Below the pieces are notes generated by a model. That model saw only the letters and a program-made list of their open reading frames with translations. It searched no databases and was not told the DNA's origin. A stretch of 63,145 nucleotides of DNA, from NCBI GenBank assembly GCA_022821445.1, contig JAJEDQ010000003.1, positions 1 through 63,145 of the forward strand. The letters are read 5' to 3'. The stretch is from Acidimicrobiia bacterium. GTDB taxonomy: Bacteria > Actinomycetota > Acidimicrobiia > Acidimicrobiales > Bin134. This document shows, piece after piece, positions 52,901 through 63,145 of the stretch (position 1 is its first letter; each line of letters starts with the position of its first letter). The position numbers and the translations under genes were made by a program.

Positions 52901-54205
52901 ATGAGCGACCCGTCTCGGGTTCGCTTTACCTGGCACCGCTCCGCGGTCAGGGTGCTGACCTCCGTTGTGGCCACGGCCACTTCCCTTGTGGTGATCTCCA
53001 CCGTGGTGTACCTGGCCTCCGGAGAGGTGAGCCGGGTGGACGACGCCATCTTTGAGTCCGTGGCTGGCCTTACCACTACCTCTCTCACCGTGGTGGACCC
53101 CGAGGCACTGCCCACTTGGCTGCTCACATGGCGGGCCTTGACCCAGTGGCTGGGCGGCTTGGGCGGCCTGATGCTCGCCTTGGTGGTGGTGCCGGCTTTT
53201 GGGGGTCAGCGGCGGCTGAGCGAGGTGGCCGAGGGCCGGGGGCGGCGAGCAGTGCTGGCGAGGACGTGGTCGCACAACACCCAACGGGTGGTCTTGACCT
53301 ATATGGGCCTCACGATCCTGGTGTTTGCGGCCTACTACGCGGCGGGTATGGGCGTGTTCGACGCCGCCACCTTCGGGCTCACCACCGCATCCACCGGAGG
53401 ATTCGCCAACTACCGAGACTCATTCGCCCACTTCGACTCAGCAGCAATCGAGTGGGTGGGCGCCGGAGCCATGGCCCTTGCCGGCGTGTCGATTGCCGCG
53501 TTGGTATGGATGGTGCGGGGGAAAGTGCAGGCCTTGTGGCGATCGACCGAGCTCAAGCTCTACGCCTGCCTGACCATTGGGTCGACGGTGCTGGTGTCGG
53601 CATGGACCTGGACCGATACCGGCGGGGGTGCCGACACCATCCGAGAGTCGTTTTTTGTCGTCACCTCGTCGATCAGCACCACCGGTTTCCGAGTCACAGA
53701 TTGGGGCTATTGGGTGGCCGCGCCCCAAATTCTGCTGCTCTTGCTTATCGGGGTGGGCTCGATGGCGGGCTCGACCGGGGGCGGTTTCCGGGTGCTGCGG
53801 GTAATCGAGATTTTGGGCATCGTGCGGCGGGAGCTGGTGGTGCAACTCCATCCTCGGGCGGTGGTGCCGGTGAGGGTGTCGGGAGCGGCGGCTTCGGAGG
53901 CTTCGCTCACCCGGGTCCTCAACTTCCAGATCCTGTGGGTGCTGGCCGTCGCCTCAGGGGTGATCGGCATCGCCTCGCTGGGGGGAGACCTGCCGACCGC
54001 GGTGTCGGGGTCGATCTCCGCACTGGCTACCGCCGGACCTGGCTTGGGCGATCTCTCGGGTTTTGCCGATGCCACGGTGCTGGCCGCCCCGGCTCGAGGG
54101 GTGTTGACTGCCCTGATGTTCTTGGGTCGGCTGTCGATCTACCCGGTGGTTGTGGTGATCGGCTGGGGTATAGGCGAGATCCAGCGGATGAGGCTGAGAC
54201 GATGA
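52901..54205 (+). CDS. trkH: TrkH family potassium uptake protein (copy 1)
   Basis: 434-aa multi-TM protein with SVAGLTTTSLT, TTASTGGF, SISTTGF and MAGSTGGGFRVLRV pore-loop motifs. Confidence 0.85.
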   Translation: MSDPSRVRFTWHRSAVRVLTSVVATATSLVVISTVVYLASGEVSRVDDAIFESVAGLTTTSLTVVDPEALPTWLLTWRALTQWLGGLGGLMLALVVVPAFGGQRRLSEVAEGRGRRAVLARTWSHNTQRVVLTYMGLTILVFAAYYAAGMGVFDAATFGLTTASTGGFANYRDSFAHFDSAAIEWVGAGAMALAGVSIAALVWMVRGKVQALWRSTELKLYACLTIGSTVLVSAWTWTDTGGGADTIRESFFVVTSSISTTGFRVTDWGYWVAAPQILLLLLIGVGSMAGSTGGGFRVLRVIEILGIVRRELVVQLHPRAVVPVRVSGAAASEASLTRVLNFQILWVLAVASGVIGIASLGGDLPTAVSGSISALATAGPGLGDLSGFADATVLAAPARGVLTALMFLGRLSIYPVVVVIGWGIGEIQRMRLRR

Positions 54206-54243
54206 GGCTGAGACGATGAGGCTGGGGCGATGAGGCTGGAGAC
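54187..54243 (+). repeat. 14-bp tandem repeat x4 (GATGAGGCTGAGAC and variants) spanning the trkH copy 1 stop and ending at the trkH copy 2 start
   Basis: The units are GATGAGGCTGAGAC, GATGAGGCTGAGAC, GATGAGGCTGGGGC and GATGAGGCTGGAGAC, followed by ATG 54244. Confidence 0.9.
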
Positions 54244-55824
54244 ATGACCGCGGTCTTGACGGCCGCCCGTCGGGGGAGGGCCGCGGTGAAATGGGCCGTG
54301 TCGCAGCTTCTGGTGGACCGACCCTGGAATGTGACCAGCAGAGTGGGGTTCGTGGTCGGGCTGGGGCTGCTGTTCATGGTGCCGGGGATGCTGTTGGCCA
54401 CCCTGGTGGAGTGGGGTTCGTCTGTATCGGACGACGAGGTCGCCCTGGGAATGGGAGCGCTGGTCACGCTTGCTGGAGGGGGGCTGTTGGTGACCTTCAC
54501 CCGACTCGACGAGGACATGCCCCCGGCCTCGGTTTTCGCGGCAGTGGCATGGACGTGGATCGGATTGTCGCTATTCGCCGCGCTGCCGCTGTGGTTTTCC
54601 GGCGAGCTGGGTAGCTTCGACACTGCTCTGTTCGAGGCGGTGTCGGGTGTCACCGCCACCGGCTCTACCGTGCTCAGCCCCATAGAGGGGACGGGCCGAG
54701 GGGTGCTCATGTGGCGCCAGATCATGCAGTGGTACGGCGGCATGGGCATGGTGGTGCTGGCGGTGACCATTCTGCCGTTCCTGGGGGTCGGAGGGCTGAG
54801 CCTCATCACTGCGGAGGCGCCCGGTCCCACGTCCGACCGGCTGGCGCCTCGGGTGAGTTCCACCGCTCGGAGGCTGTGGGCACTCTACGGCGGCATCACC
54901 CTCGCGATTGCGGCCGCCCTGATGATCGCCGGATTGAGCCTTTACGACGCAGTGGCCCATGCCTTTACCAGCGCGGGCACCGGGGGCTTCTCGCCTTATG
55001 ACGACTCCATTGGCCACTTCGACAGCATTGCGGTGGAAGCGGTGATGATTGTTGGGATGCTGGTGGGAGGGGTGAGCTTCACCCTCCACTGGCGGGCGGC
55101 GGCGGGCAACCCGGGGGTCTACGGACGGTCTTCTGAATTTCGCACCTATCTCCTTGTGATTCTCGCGGTCGCGCTGTTCGCGTCCCTGCTGAACTGGCTG
55201 AACGACTTGTCTGATCTGGCCAACAGTCTCCGCAACGGGATCTTCGGCGCGGTTACCTTGGGCACCAGCGGCGGTTTCGGCAACGCTTCCAGCACCAATC
55301 CGGGCGGCGATTTCGCAGCTTGGACGCCGGGCGCCCAGGCATTGCTGCTGCCCATCATGGTGATGGGGGGCATGACCGGGAGCACTGCCGGGGGGCTGAA
55401 GGTGTTGCGAGCCCAAGTGATGGCGAAATACATGCGGGTCGGGCTGCTGCGAGTGAAGCATCCCAGGGTGGTGGCACGGGTGAAGCTCGGCCAAATGGCG
55501 GTGTCGGAGCCGATACTCCAACGGGTGGCGGGACTGGTGGCCCTCTACGCGTTGTCAGCGCTTGTGGCCACTTTGGTGCTGGCCGCGTTGGGTCAAGACC
55601 TGATCACTTCCTCGTCTGCGGCCATAAGCGCGTTGAGCAATATGGGACCGGCCTTGGGCGACGCCGGACCCACCTCGAACTACTTGGTGTTCTCCCGTCC
55701 GGCCCGGGCGGTGCTGATGTCGATGATGCTCATCGGCCGTCTGGAGTTCTTCGCCGTCTTTTTGGTGGTGGTGTCGGCCTACGAGCGAACCCGTCGGCTG
55801 ACCCGAGTCAACCTGCGGCGTTGA
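54244..55824 (+). CDS. trkH: TrkH family potassium uptake protein (copy 2)
   Basis: 526-aa multi-TM protein with AVSGVTATGSTV, TSAGTGGF, LGTSGGFGN and MTGSTAGGLKVLR pore-loop motifs. Confidence 0.85.
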   Translation: MTAVLTAARRGRAAVKWAVSQLLVDRPWNVTSRVGFVVGLGLLFMVPGMLLATLVEWGSSVSDDEVALGMGALVTLAGGGLLVTFTRLDEDMPPASVFAAVAWTWIGLSLFAALPLWFSGELGSFDTALFEAVSGVTATGSTVLSPIEGTGRGVLMWRQIMQWYGGMGMVVLAVTILPFLGVGGLSLITAEAPGPTSDRLAPRVSSTARRLWALYGGITLAIAAALMIAGLSLYDAVAHAFTSAGTGGFSPYDDSIGHFDSIAVEAVMIVGMLVGGVSFTLHWRAAAGNPGVYGRSSEFRTYLLVILAVALFASLLNWLNDLSDLANSLRNGIFGAVTLGTSGGFGNASSTNPGGDFAAWTPGAQALLLPIMVMGGMTGSTAGGLKVLRAQVMAKYMRVGLLRVKHPRVVARVKLGQMAVSEPILQRVAGLVALYALSALVATLVLAALGQDLITSSSAAISALSNMGPALGDAGPTSNYLVFSRPARAVLMSMMLIGRLEFFAVFLVVVSAYERTRRLTRVNLRR

Positions 55825-57100
55825 GAAACGCGCTGAGGGCCAGCGCGAAGTCCACGGGATCCTGGGCACCGCACATCTCGCGGGCAGAGTGCATGGAGAG
55901 CTGGGCCACGCCGACGTCGATGGTGGTCACCCCTGTGGCCGAGGCCGCGAACGGTCCGATCGTGCTGCCGCAGGGCATGTCGCCGCGGTGGACGTAGAGT
56001 TGGTGGCCCACCCCGGCCTTCTCGCACGCCGCGGCGAATGCCGCCTCGCCCACCGCGTCGGTGGCGTAGCGCTGATTGGCATTGCGCTTGATCACCGGTC
56101 CATCGCCCATGGCTATGTGATGGTCGGGCTCATGGCGCTCGGGGTAATTGGGGTGGGTGGCGTGGGCCCCATCAGCCGACACACACAGTGACTGGGCCAG
56201 CGCAGGATGCAAAGCGCCGCGGCTGCTGGCAATTCGCTCCAATACGGTGGGCAGCAGGGTGGAGGCGGCCCCCTGTGCTGAGGTGCTACCGACCTCTTCG
56301 TGGTCGAAGAGGCACAGCACTGCGCTGGGAAACGAGTCGGCTGGGGCGTCGATCAGGGCCTGGAGACCGGCCCAGCACGACACCTGGTTGTCGATGCGAG
56401 GGGCATAGATGAACTCGCCGTCGATGCCGCCGATCACCGATGGAGTGAGGTCGTAGAGCATGGCATCCCAGGCCAGTACCTCGTCGGCATCGACGCCGGC
56501 CGCCTCGGCCGCCGCCAAGGCGAATTCGCCGGGAGTGCGCAGCCCTAGCCCCCATACGGGAACGACGTGGCTCTGGGGATTGAGCAGCAGCCCCTTTTGG
56601 TTGACCTCCCGGTCGAGGTGGATGGCGAGCTGGGGCACTCGGAGCACGGGCCGATCGATACTGAACAGCCGTGTGCCCGTTGGGGTGGCTACTCGACCGG
56701 CCACCCCAAGATCGCGATCCAGCCAGCTGTTGAGCAACGCACCCCCGTACACTTCCACGCCGAGTTGCCGATAACCGGCCTGACCGGTGTCGGGCTGGGC
56801 AGTGATGCGCAAGTTAGGGCTGTCGGTGTGGGCACCGATGATTCGGAAGCCTGCATCGCTGGTCTGGTGCCGCCAGGCCACCAGGCTGCCGCCCCGGCGC
56901 ACATAGCGGCTGCCGACGGCGTCGGGCCATTCGTCGGCTTCGTCCATTTCGGTGAACCCTGAAGTCCGCAGTACGTCGGCTGCTCGGTCGACCACATGGA
57001 AAGGCGTCGGACAGGCGTCAATGAAGTCGAGCAAGCCGTCAATGACGCGGTTTTCATTCACTCCAGCCACTCCAGCCTCATCATCAACAGACGATTCCAC
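55808..57100 (-). CDS. M18 family aminopeptidase (aspartyl aminopeptidase-like)
   Basis: LLDFIDACPTPFHVV, FRIIGAHTDSPNLRI, LFDHEEVGS and MPCGSTIGP are present. The start is uncertain: I chose GTG 57100, while the track ATG is 57217. Confidence 0.8.
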   Translation of the reverse strand: MESSVDDEAGVAGVNENRVIDGLLDFIDACPTPFHVVDRAADVLRTSGFTEMDEADEWPDAVGSRYVRRGGSLVAWRHQTSDAGFRIIGAHTDSPNLRITAQPDTGQAGYRQLGVEVYGGALLNSWLDRDLGVAGRVATPTGTRLFSIDRPVLRVPQLAIHLDREVNQKGLLLNPQSHVVPVWGLGLRTPGEFALAAAEAAGVDADEVLAWDAMLYDLTPSVIGGIDGEFIYAPRIDNQVSCWAGLQALIDAPADSFPSAVLCLFDHEEVGSTSAQGAASTLLPTVLERIASSRGALHPALAQSLCVSADGAHATHPNYPERHEPDHHIAMGDGPVIKRNANQRYATDAVGEAAFAAACEKAGVGHQLYVHRGDMPCGSTIGPFAASATGVTTIDVGVAQLSMHSAREMCGAQDPVDFALALSAFLNAAG

Positions 57101-57236
57101 CCTGTAATCATGCCTCTTGAGAGCCTCCCGAGCAGAACAGACTTGGTAGGGGACCGGGTTGCGGCGGTAAAATTGCAGCCCTGCCGCTGGCCAACGCTGT
57201 CTCGGCGCGCACTGCAAACACGTTGGAAAGGACGCA

Positions 57237-60200
57237 ATGAGGAACTGGCCGCAGCTTCCCGGTCTGCCGCACCCCCAGGGGCTTTACGACCCCCGAAACG
57301 AGCACGACGGCTGCGGGGTGGGTTTTCTGGTGGACCTTAAGGGCCGGCCGCGACACGAGATCGTGTCGGTGGGCTACGGGGCGCTGTGCAACCTCCAGCA
57401 CCGGGGGGCGCTGGGCGCGGAAGTGAACACCGGCGACGGCGCGGGATTGCTGATTCAGGTGCCCGACGACTTCTACCGCCAGGTGTGCGACTTCGATCTG
57501 CCGCCGGCGGGACACTACGCCACCGGCATCGGTTTCCTCCCCGACACCCCCGAGGCAGCGACCCTTGCCCGAGCGGCCATGGACGCCATCGCTGTCGAGG
57601 AGGGGCTGACTCCCTTGGGGTGGCGGGAGGTGCCCACCTGTTCCGACGAGCTGGGGGCGCAGGCGCTGGCCACCATGCCCTCGTTCTGGCAGCCGTTCTA
57701 CTCCGGCGACGGGCTCGATGCTGATGGCCTCTTGCGGCGGGCCTACATCGTGCGCACCCGCATTCGCAACGAGGTCGCCTATGAGACCGATGACCAAGCC
57801 GATACTGGGGCACTGGGGTCGAAGACCCGCAAGCTGACCTATGGCTACTTCGCCAGCCTCTCCAACCGAACCATCGTCTACAAGGGCATGCTGACCACCC
57901 CTCAGCTCGGAGAGTTCTACTCCGATCTGAGCGACACCCGGGTGACCAGTGCCCTGGCCATGATCCATTCCCGGTTCTCCACCAACACTTTCCCGTCCTG
58001 GCCGCTGGCCCACCCTTACCGCTTCATCTCCCACAACGGCGAGATCAACACCGTGCAGGGCAACCGGAACTGGATGCGGACCCGTGAGGCGCTGTTGAGC
58101 TCGCCCCACCTCCCTGGCGACCTGGAGCGGCTGTTCCCGGTGTGCGCCGAGGGGGTGAGCGACACCGCCAGCTTCGACCAGGTGCTGGAGCTGCTGTACA
58201 TGGGCGGCTACTCGCTGCCTCAGGCGGTGCTCATGATGATTCCCGAGCCGTGGGAGAACCATGAGTCGATGGCGCCAGAGCTGCGGGCTTTCTACCGCTA
58301 CTACGCCTCGCTGATGGAGCCGTGGGACGGTCCCGCCGACATCGTGTTCAGCGATGGCACTCTCATCGGCGCGGTCCTCGACCGCAATGGCCTGCGTCCT
58401 TCCCGTTATTGGGTAACCGACGACGACCTGGTGATCATGGCGTCGGAAGTGGGGGTGATGGACGTGGAACCGGCGGCCATCGTGGAGAAGGGCCGCTTGC
58501 AGCCCGGCCGCATGTTCTTGATCGACACCTCTGAGGGCCGCATCGTGCGGGACACGGAGATCAAAGAAAAGTTGGCCTCGGCCCACCCCTATGGGCAGTG
58601 GCTGGCCGACAACCAAGTGGACCTCGACGACCTGGTCGACCGCCCGCTGCCCGAACCGGACGACACTCCGCTGGTGGTTCGCCAACAGATGTTCGGCTAC
58701 ACCCACGAAGAGCTCAAGATTCTCTTAGCCCCTATGGCCCGCGACGGCAAAGAAGCCCTCGGCTCCATGGGCACCGACACCCCGGTTGCTGTGCTATCCA
58801 ACCGGTCTCGGCTGCTGTACGACTACTTCCAGCAGCTGTTCGCCCAGGTGACCAACCCACCGCTGGACGCCATTCGGGAGGAGATCATCACCGCCACCTG
58901 CGGCTGGCTTGGCCCCGAGGGCAATTTGCTCGATCCCCAGCCCGAGTCATGCCGTCAGATATTCACCCCCCACCCGGTGATCACCGACCAGCAGTTGGCC
59001 AACCTGGTGGAGGTGGATGGGCCTGGCGGTCATAGCCACTGGTCCAGTGAGGTAGTTCCCTGCTTGTATGCCGTGGACGACGGGGGGCCGGGGCTCAGGA
59101 TCGCCATCCAGCGCATTCGAGAGCAGGTCAGCCGGGCTATAGAGGCGGGCAAGAACATAATCGTGCTGTCGGATCGGGGGGCCGGTCCCGATTCAGCCCC
59201 GATTCCCTCGTTGCTCGCCACCGCGGCGGTACACCACCACCTCGTTAGAGAGAAGACCCGGACCCGGGTGGGCTTGGTAGTGGAGACCGGTGACGCCCGG
59301 GAGGTGCATCACATATGTCTGCTGCTGGCCTACGGGGCCACCGCCATCAACCCGTATCTGGCGTTCGAGACCATCGACCAGATGATCGACGAGGGGCTGT
59401 GCGGTTTTTCGCCCAACGACGACAGGAATCTGGCCCATCGCAACTACATCAAGGCCTGTGACAAGGGCGTGCTCAAGGTCATGTCCAAGATGGGCATTTC
59501 CACGGTGAAGTCGTATGTGGGGGCCCAGATATTCGAGGCCATCGGGCTGGGGCACCCCATCATCGGTGAGTGCTTTACCGGCACGGTCAGCCGCCTGGGC
59601 GGAATCGGCTTCCCGCAACTGGCCGAGGAGGTCAGGCTGCGACACCGCATCGCCTTCCCCGAGAATCCCGACGAGCGTGCCCACCGCACCCTGGAAGGGG
59701 GAGGGGAGTACCAGTGGCGCCGGGAGGGCGAGTACCACTTGTTCAATCCCGAGACGGTGTTCAAGCTCCAGCACGCCACCCGAGAGGGACGCTACGACAT
59801 CTTCAAGCAGTACACCGAGAAGGTGGACGCCCAGTCGGAGCGCCTGGCCACCCTGCGGGGGCTGTTCCGATTCCGAACCGGGCGACGAGAGCCGATTCCC
59901 ATCGAGGAGGTGGAACCGGTCTCCAGCATTGTCACCAGGTTCTCCACCGGAGCCATGTCTTACGGATCGATTTCCGCTGAGGCCCACGAAACCCTGGCCA
60001 TTGCCATGAACCGCATCGGCGGCAAGTCGAACACCGGAGAGGGAGGCGAAGATCCTGCCCGCTATGCTCCCGATCCCAACGGCGACCTGCGCCGATCGGC
60101 CATCAAGCAGGCTGCTTCCGGCCGCTTCGGGGTGACCAGCGAGTATCTGGTGAACAGCGACGACATCCAGATCAAGATGGCCCAGGGGGCCAAGCCGGGC

Positions 60201-61853
60201 GAGGGCGGCCAGCTTCCCGGCCACAAGGTGTGGCCGTGGATCGCCGAGGTTCGCTATTCCACCCCCGGCGTGGGGCTGATCTCGCCGCCCCCGCATCACG
60301 ACATCTATTCCATCGAAGATCTGGCCCAGCTCATCCACGACCTGAAGAACGCCAATCCCACCGCCCGTATCCACGTAAAGCTGGTATCGGAACTGGGAGT
60401 GGGCACGGTGGCCGCGGGGGTGTCCAAGGCCCACGCCGATGTGGTGCTGATCTCGGGCCACGATGGGGGCACCGGCGCCTCGCCCTTGACTTCTATCAAG
60501 CACGCCGGCACCCCGTGGGAGCTGGGCTTGGCTGAGACCCAGCAGACGTTGTTGCTGAACCGTTTGCGGGATCGGATCGTGGTGCAGACCGACGGCCAGC
60601 TCAAGACCGGCCGGGATGTGATGATCGCCGCGCTGCTGGGGGCAGAGGAGTTCGGGTTCGCCACCGCCCCTCTGGTGGTCGCGGGATGCGTGATGATGCG
60701 GGTCTGCCATCTGGACACCTGTCCGGTGGGGGTGGCCACCCAGGATCCGGAGCTGCGCAAGAAGTTCACCGGCCAGCCCGAGTTCGTCATCAATTTCATG
60801 GAGTACATTGCCGAAGAGGTCCGCGAGCTTTTGGCCATGCTCGGTTTCCGCACGCTGGCCGAGGCCATCGGCCGCGTGGAGTGCCTGGACGTGAGCGACG
60901 CGGTGGACCACTGGAAGGCGGCCGGACTCGATCTGTCGCCCATTCTGTACGCCCCTGATATTGACCCCGAGGCCGACCGGCACTGCACTCAACCCCAAGA
61001 CCACGGCCTCGATCGCGCCCTCGACCAGCAGCTCATCTTGATGGCCGAATCCGCCTTGGAAGACGGCCTCGCGGTGGAGATTGACCTCCCCATCGGCAAC
61101 GTGAACCGAACGGTGGGCACCATGCTCGGCCACCAGGTGACGTCTAAATGGGGGGCCGACGGTCTGTCCGACGACACCATCCGCATCAATTTCTCCGGGT
61201 CGGCCGGCAACAGCTTTGGGGCGTTTCTGCCCCGAGGCATCACCATGAAGCTGACCGGCGATGCCAACGACTATGTGGGTAAGGGCCTGTCGGGCGGGCG
61301 CATAATCGTGACCACTTATCCGCAGGCTCGGTTCGTTGCCGAGGAGAACGTGATTGCGGGCAACGTGATCGGTTACGGCGCCACCAGCGGCGAACTCTTC
61401 CTGCGGGGGCTGGTGGGGGAGCGGTTTTGCGTCCGCAACTCCGGTGCCGTCGCGGTGGTGGAGGGTGTGGGCGACCACGGCTGTGAGTACATGACCGGCG
61501 GCCGGGCCGTGGTGCTCGGCCCCACGGGAAGGAATTTCGGTGCCGGCATGTCGGGCGGTATCGCCTTCGTGTACGACCCCGATGGGGTGTTTCCCGCCAA
61601 GGTGAACCCGGAGATGGTGGACTTGGAGGCGCCCGACGACGACCGGGAGTGGCTGCGAGACCGCATCAGCCAGCACATGGTGAACACCGACTCGGCCGTG
61701 GCCGAGCGGATATTGGCCAACTGGGCCACCGAGGCTGACCGCTTCGTGAAGGTGATGCCCAAGGACTACAAGCGGGTGCTCGCCGCGCTGGCCGAGGCTG
61801 AGCGCACCGGCACCGATGCTGGAGCAGCCATCATGGCGGCCGCTCATGGGTGA
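57237..61853 (+). CDS. gltB: glutamate synthase large subunit
   Basis: 1538 aa. [11 protein letters not shown] is the Ntn amidotransferase Cys. FSTNTFPSW, the FMN/3Fe-4S region [15 protein letters not shown], and the C-terminal [13 protein letters not shown] are also present. Confidence 0.95.
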   Translation: MRNWPQLPGLPHPQGLYDPRNEHDGCGVGFLVDLKGRPRHEIVSVGYGALCNLQHRGALGAEVNTGDGAGLLIQVPDDFYRQVCDFDLPPAGHYATGIGFLPDTPEAATLARAAMDAIAVEEGLTPLGWREVPTCSDELGAQALATMPSFWQPFYSGDGLDADGLLRRAYIVRTRIRNEVAYETDDQADTGALGSKTRKLTYGYFASLSNRTIVYKGMLTTPQLGEFYSDLSDTRVTSALAMIHSRFSTNTFPSWPLAHPYRFISHNGEINTVQGNRNWMRTREALLSSPHLPGDLERLFPVCAEGVSDTASFDQVLELLYMGGYSLPQAVLMMIPEPWENHESMAPELRAFYRYYASLMEPWDGPADIVFSDGTLIGAVLDRNGLRPSRYWVTDDDLVIMASEVGVMDVEPAAIVEKGRLQPGRMFLIDTSEGRIVRDTEIKEKLASAHPYGQWLADNQVDLDDLVDRPLPEPDDTPLVVRQQMFGYTHEELKILLAPMARDGKEALGSMGTDTPVAVLSNRSRLLYDYFQQLFAQVTNPPLDAIREEIITATCGWLGPEGNLLDPQPESCRQIFTPHPVITDQQLANLVEVDGPGGHSHWSSEVVPCLYAVDDGGPGLRIAIQRIREQVSRAIEAGKNIIVLSDRGAGPDSAPIPSLLATAAVHHHLVREKTRTRVGLVVETGDAREVHHICLLLAYGATAINPYLAFETIDQMIDEGLCGFSPNDDRNLAHRNYIKACDKGVLKVMSKMGISTVKSYVGAQIFEAIGLGHPIIGECFTGTVSRLGGIGFPQLAEEVRLRHRIAFPENPDERAHRTLEGGGEYQWRREGEYHLFNPETVFKLQHATREGRYDIFKQYTEKVDAQSERLATLRGLFRFRTGRREPIPIEEVEPVSSIVTRFSTGAMSYGSISAEAHETLAIAMNRIGGKSNTGEGGEDPARYAPDPNGDLRRSAIKQAASGRFGVTSEYLVNSDDIQIKMAQGAKPGEGGQLPGHKVWPWIAEVRYSTPGVGLISPPPHHDIYSIEDLAQLIHDLKNANPTARIHVKLVSELGVGTVAAGVSKAHADVVLISGHDGGTGASPLTSIKHAGTPWELGLAETQQTLLLNRLRDRIVVQTDGQLKTGRDVMIAALLGAEEFGFATAPLVVAGCVMMRVCHLDTCPVGVATQDPELRKKFTGQPEFVINFMEYIAEEVRELLAMLGFRTLAEAIGRVECLDVSDAVDHWKAAGLDLSPILYAPDIDPEADRHCTQPQDHGLDRALDQQLILMAESALEDGLAVEIDLPIGNVNRTVGTMLGHQVTSKWGADGLSDDTIRINFSGSAGNSFGAFLPRGITMKLTGDANDYVGKGLSGGRIIVTTYPQARFVAEENVIAGNVIGYGATSGELFLRGLVGERFCVRNSGAVAVVEGVGDHGCEYMTGGRAVVLGPTGRNFGAGMSGGIAFVYDPDGVFPAKVNPEMVDLEAPDDDREWLRDRISQHMVNTDSAVAERILANWATEADRFVKVMPKDYKRVLAALAEAERTGTDAGAAIMAAAHG

Positions 61854-63145
61854 TATCCGGGGATTCATCAAGCACGGTCGGGAGCTGCCGGTCCGCCGCG
61901 CGGTGCCGGTGCGCATCAAGGACTGGAACGAGGTCTACCGGGACTTCGACGCCGAGTCGGTGCGCACCCAGGCGTCGCGTTGCATGGACTGCGGGATTCC
62001 GTTCTGCAACAACGGCTGCCCTCTGGGCAACCTGATCCCCGACTGGAACGACCTCGTCTATAGGGACCATTGGCGGGAGGCCATCGAGCGGCTGCACGCC
62101 ACCAACAATTTTCCCGAGTTCACCGGGCGGCTCTGCCCGGCACCGTGTGAGGCGGCCTGCGTGCTGGGCATCAACGAAGACCCGGTGACCATCAAGCAGG
62201 TCGAGGTGGAGATCGTGGATCGGGCCTGGGAGGAGGGGTGGATCACCCCGGTGGTGTGCGACGACCGTACTGGCCGCTCGGTCGCGGTGGTGGGGTCGGG
62301 GCCGGCCGGTTTGGCCGCCGCCCAGCAGCTCACCCGGGCGGGCCACGATGTGGTGGTGTTCGAACGGGCCGATCGCATCGGCGGGCTGTTGCGCTACGGC
62401 ATCCCCGAATTCAAGATGGAGAAGCGACATCTCGACCTCCGGCTGGCCCAGATGGAGGCTGAGGGCACGGTATTCAAAACCGAGGTAAACGTAGGAGTAG
62501 ACATCAGCGCGGCCGAGTTGACTGAGCAGTACGACGCGGTGGTACTGGCCGGCGGGGCCACCCAGTGGCGCGATTTGCCCATTCCGGGTCGGGAACTCGA
62601 GGGCATCTATCAGGCCATGGAGTACCTGCCCCCGGCCAACCGGGTGCAGGAGGGTGATCTGGAAGAGCACCCGTTCTCGGCGGAGGGCAAGCACGTGATC
62701 ATCATCGGCGGGGGTGACACCGGCGCCGACTGCCTGGGGACCGCCCACCGCCACGGAGCGGCCTCCATCCACCAGTTCGAGATCTTGCCCCGACCCCCCG
62801 ACCAGCGGGACGACTCCACCCCGTGGCCCACGTGGCCGCTCATGTACCGGTCGTCGTCGGCCCATGAAGAGGGCGGCACCCAGATCTACGCCATCAACAC
62901 CGTGGAGTTCGCCGGATCGGGCGGCAAGGTGGAGGCGTTGCACACGGTGGATGTAGAGCAGTCGTTCGAGGGCGGACGGATGAGCTTCAATCCCATCGAG
63001 GGCACCGAGCGGGAGTTTCAGGCCGATCTGGTGCTGTTGGCCCTCGGTTTCGTCGGCCCTGAGACCGGCGGCTTGCTCGACGAGTTGGGGGTGGGGATCA
63101 CCGACCGGGGCAATGTGGCCCGCGACGACAATTGGATGAGCACCG
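61846..63145 (+). CDS. gltD: glutamate synthase small subunit (NADPH), 3' end beyond the window
   Basis: The frame is open from ATG 61846 (8-nt overlap with the gltB stop) to the window end. My translation is [15 protein letters not shown]...[24 protein letters not shown]...[14 protein letters not shown]...[17 protein letters not shown]. It is not in the track because no stop lies in the window. Confidence 0.9.
   Translation, partial: MGDIRGFIKHGRELPVRRAVPVRIKDWNEVYRDFDAESVRTQASRCMDCGIPFCNNGCPLGNLIPDWNDLVYRDHWREAIERLHATNNFPEFTGRLCPAPCEAACVLGINEDPVTIKQVEVEIVDRAWEEGWITPVVCDDRTGRSVAVVGSGPAGLAAAQQLTRAGHDVVVFERADRIGGLLRYGIPEFKMEKRHLDLRLAQMEAEGTVFKTEVNVGVDISAAELTEQYDAVVLAGGATQWRDLPIPGRELEGIYQAMEYLPPANRVQEGDLEEHPFSAEGKHVIIIGGGDTGADCLGTAHRHGAASIHQFEILPRPPDQRDDSTPWPTWPLMYRSSSAHEEGGTQIYAINTVEFAGSGGKVEALHTVDVEQSFEGGRMSFNPIEGTEREFQADLVLLALGFVGPETGGLLDELGVGITDRGNVARDDNWMST

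Noticed and set aside
54187-54243. A CRISPR array or minisatellite, considered for this locus and for the repeats at 30398 and 52789.
   Set aside because: The units are 14-17 bp and directly abutting with no spacers, or form a single 47-bp duplication. No cas genes are present. This is not CRISPR.
59193-61919. 908-aa minus-strand ORF, plus similar long ORFs at 57108..58706 and 61831..62943.
   Set aside because: They lie entirely antisense to gltB/gltD and translate to Arg/Gly/Pro/His-rich low-complexity sequence with no motifs. This is the typical stop-codon-poor antisense frame of high-GC DNA.

Overview
High-GC, gene-dense bacterial chromosome segment that looks Actinomycetota-like, possibly Acidimicrobiia. 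That placement is inference only, from a DUF222/HNH protein, an LLM/F420-type oxidoreductase, DUF2510, frequent GTG/TTG starts and 4-nt start/stop overlaps. I support about 55 protein genes, and I saw no rRNA, tRNA or CRISPR array.

The most notable content is as follows.

1. Two selenoprotein genes are split by the ORF track at in-frame TGA codons. One is a molybdopterin formate dehydrogenase catalytic subunit (TGA 12419-12421, with an fdhF-like SECIS hairpin). The other is a GrdB/PrdB-family selenoprotein B homologue with a U-x-x-C motif (TGA 20885-20887).

2. The NAD-type formate dehydrogenase is encoded as a split, order-permuted, translationally coupled three-gene operon: Mo-catalytic part, then a NuoE/F fusion, then a NuoG-like Fe-S part.

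3. A minus-strand one-carbon module (folD, fdh, fhs) is interrupted by two more AT-rich insertions. The first (about 4.86-8.16 kb) is an island carrying a composite antitoxin, a HicA-like protein, an HNH nuclease and a DUF222-HNH gene. The second is a low-GC RCC1-repeat lipoprotein gene, itself disrupted by an ISL3-family IS with a frameshifted transposase and no target-site duplication.

4. Three short tandem duplications sit exactly on gene start/stop junctions: the OYE-type reductase start, the trkA 3' end, and the trkH-trkH junction.

The rest is ordinary metabolism and housekeeping. It includes xylAB, an ECF sigma/anti-sigma pair, a relE/phd pair, an ABC-2 exporter and several amidohydrolase_2 paralogues. 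It also includes alcohol dehydrogenases, hydrolases, a membrane pyrophosphatase, trkA-trkH-trkH, an M18 aminopeptidase and gltBD.

All functional calls come from reading the translated ORFs and recognising motifs. No database search was run.
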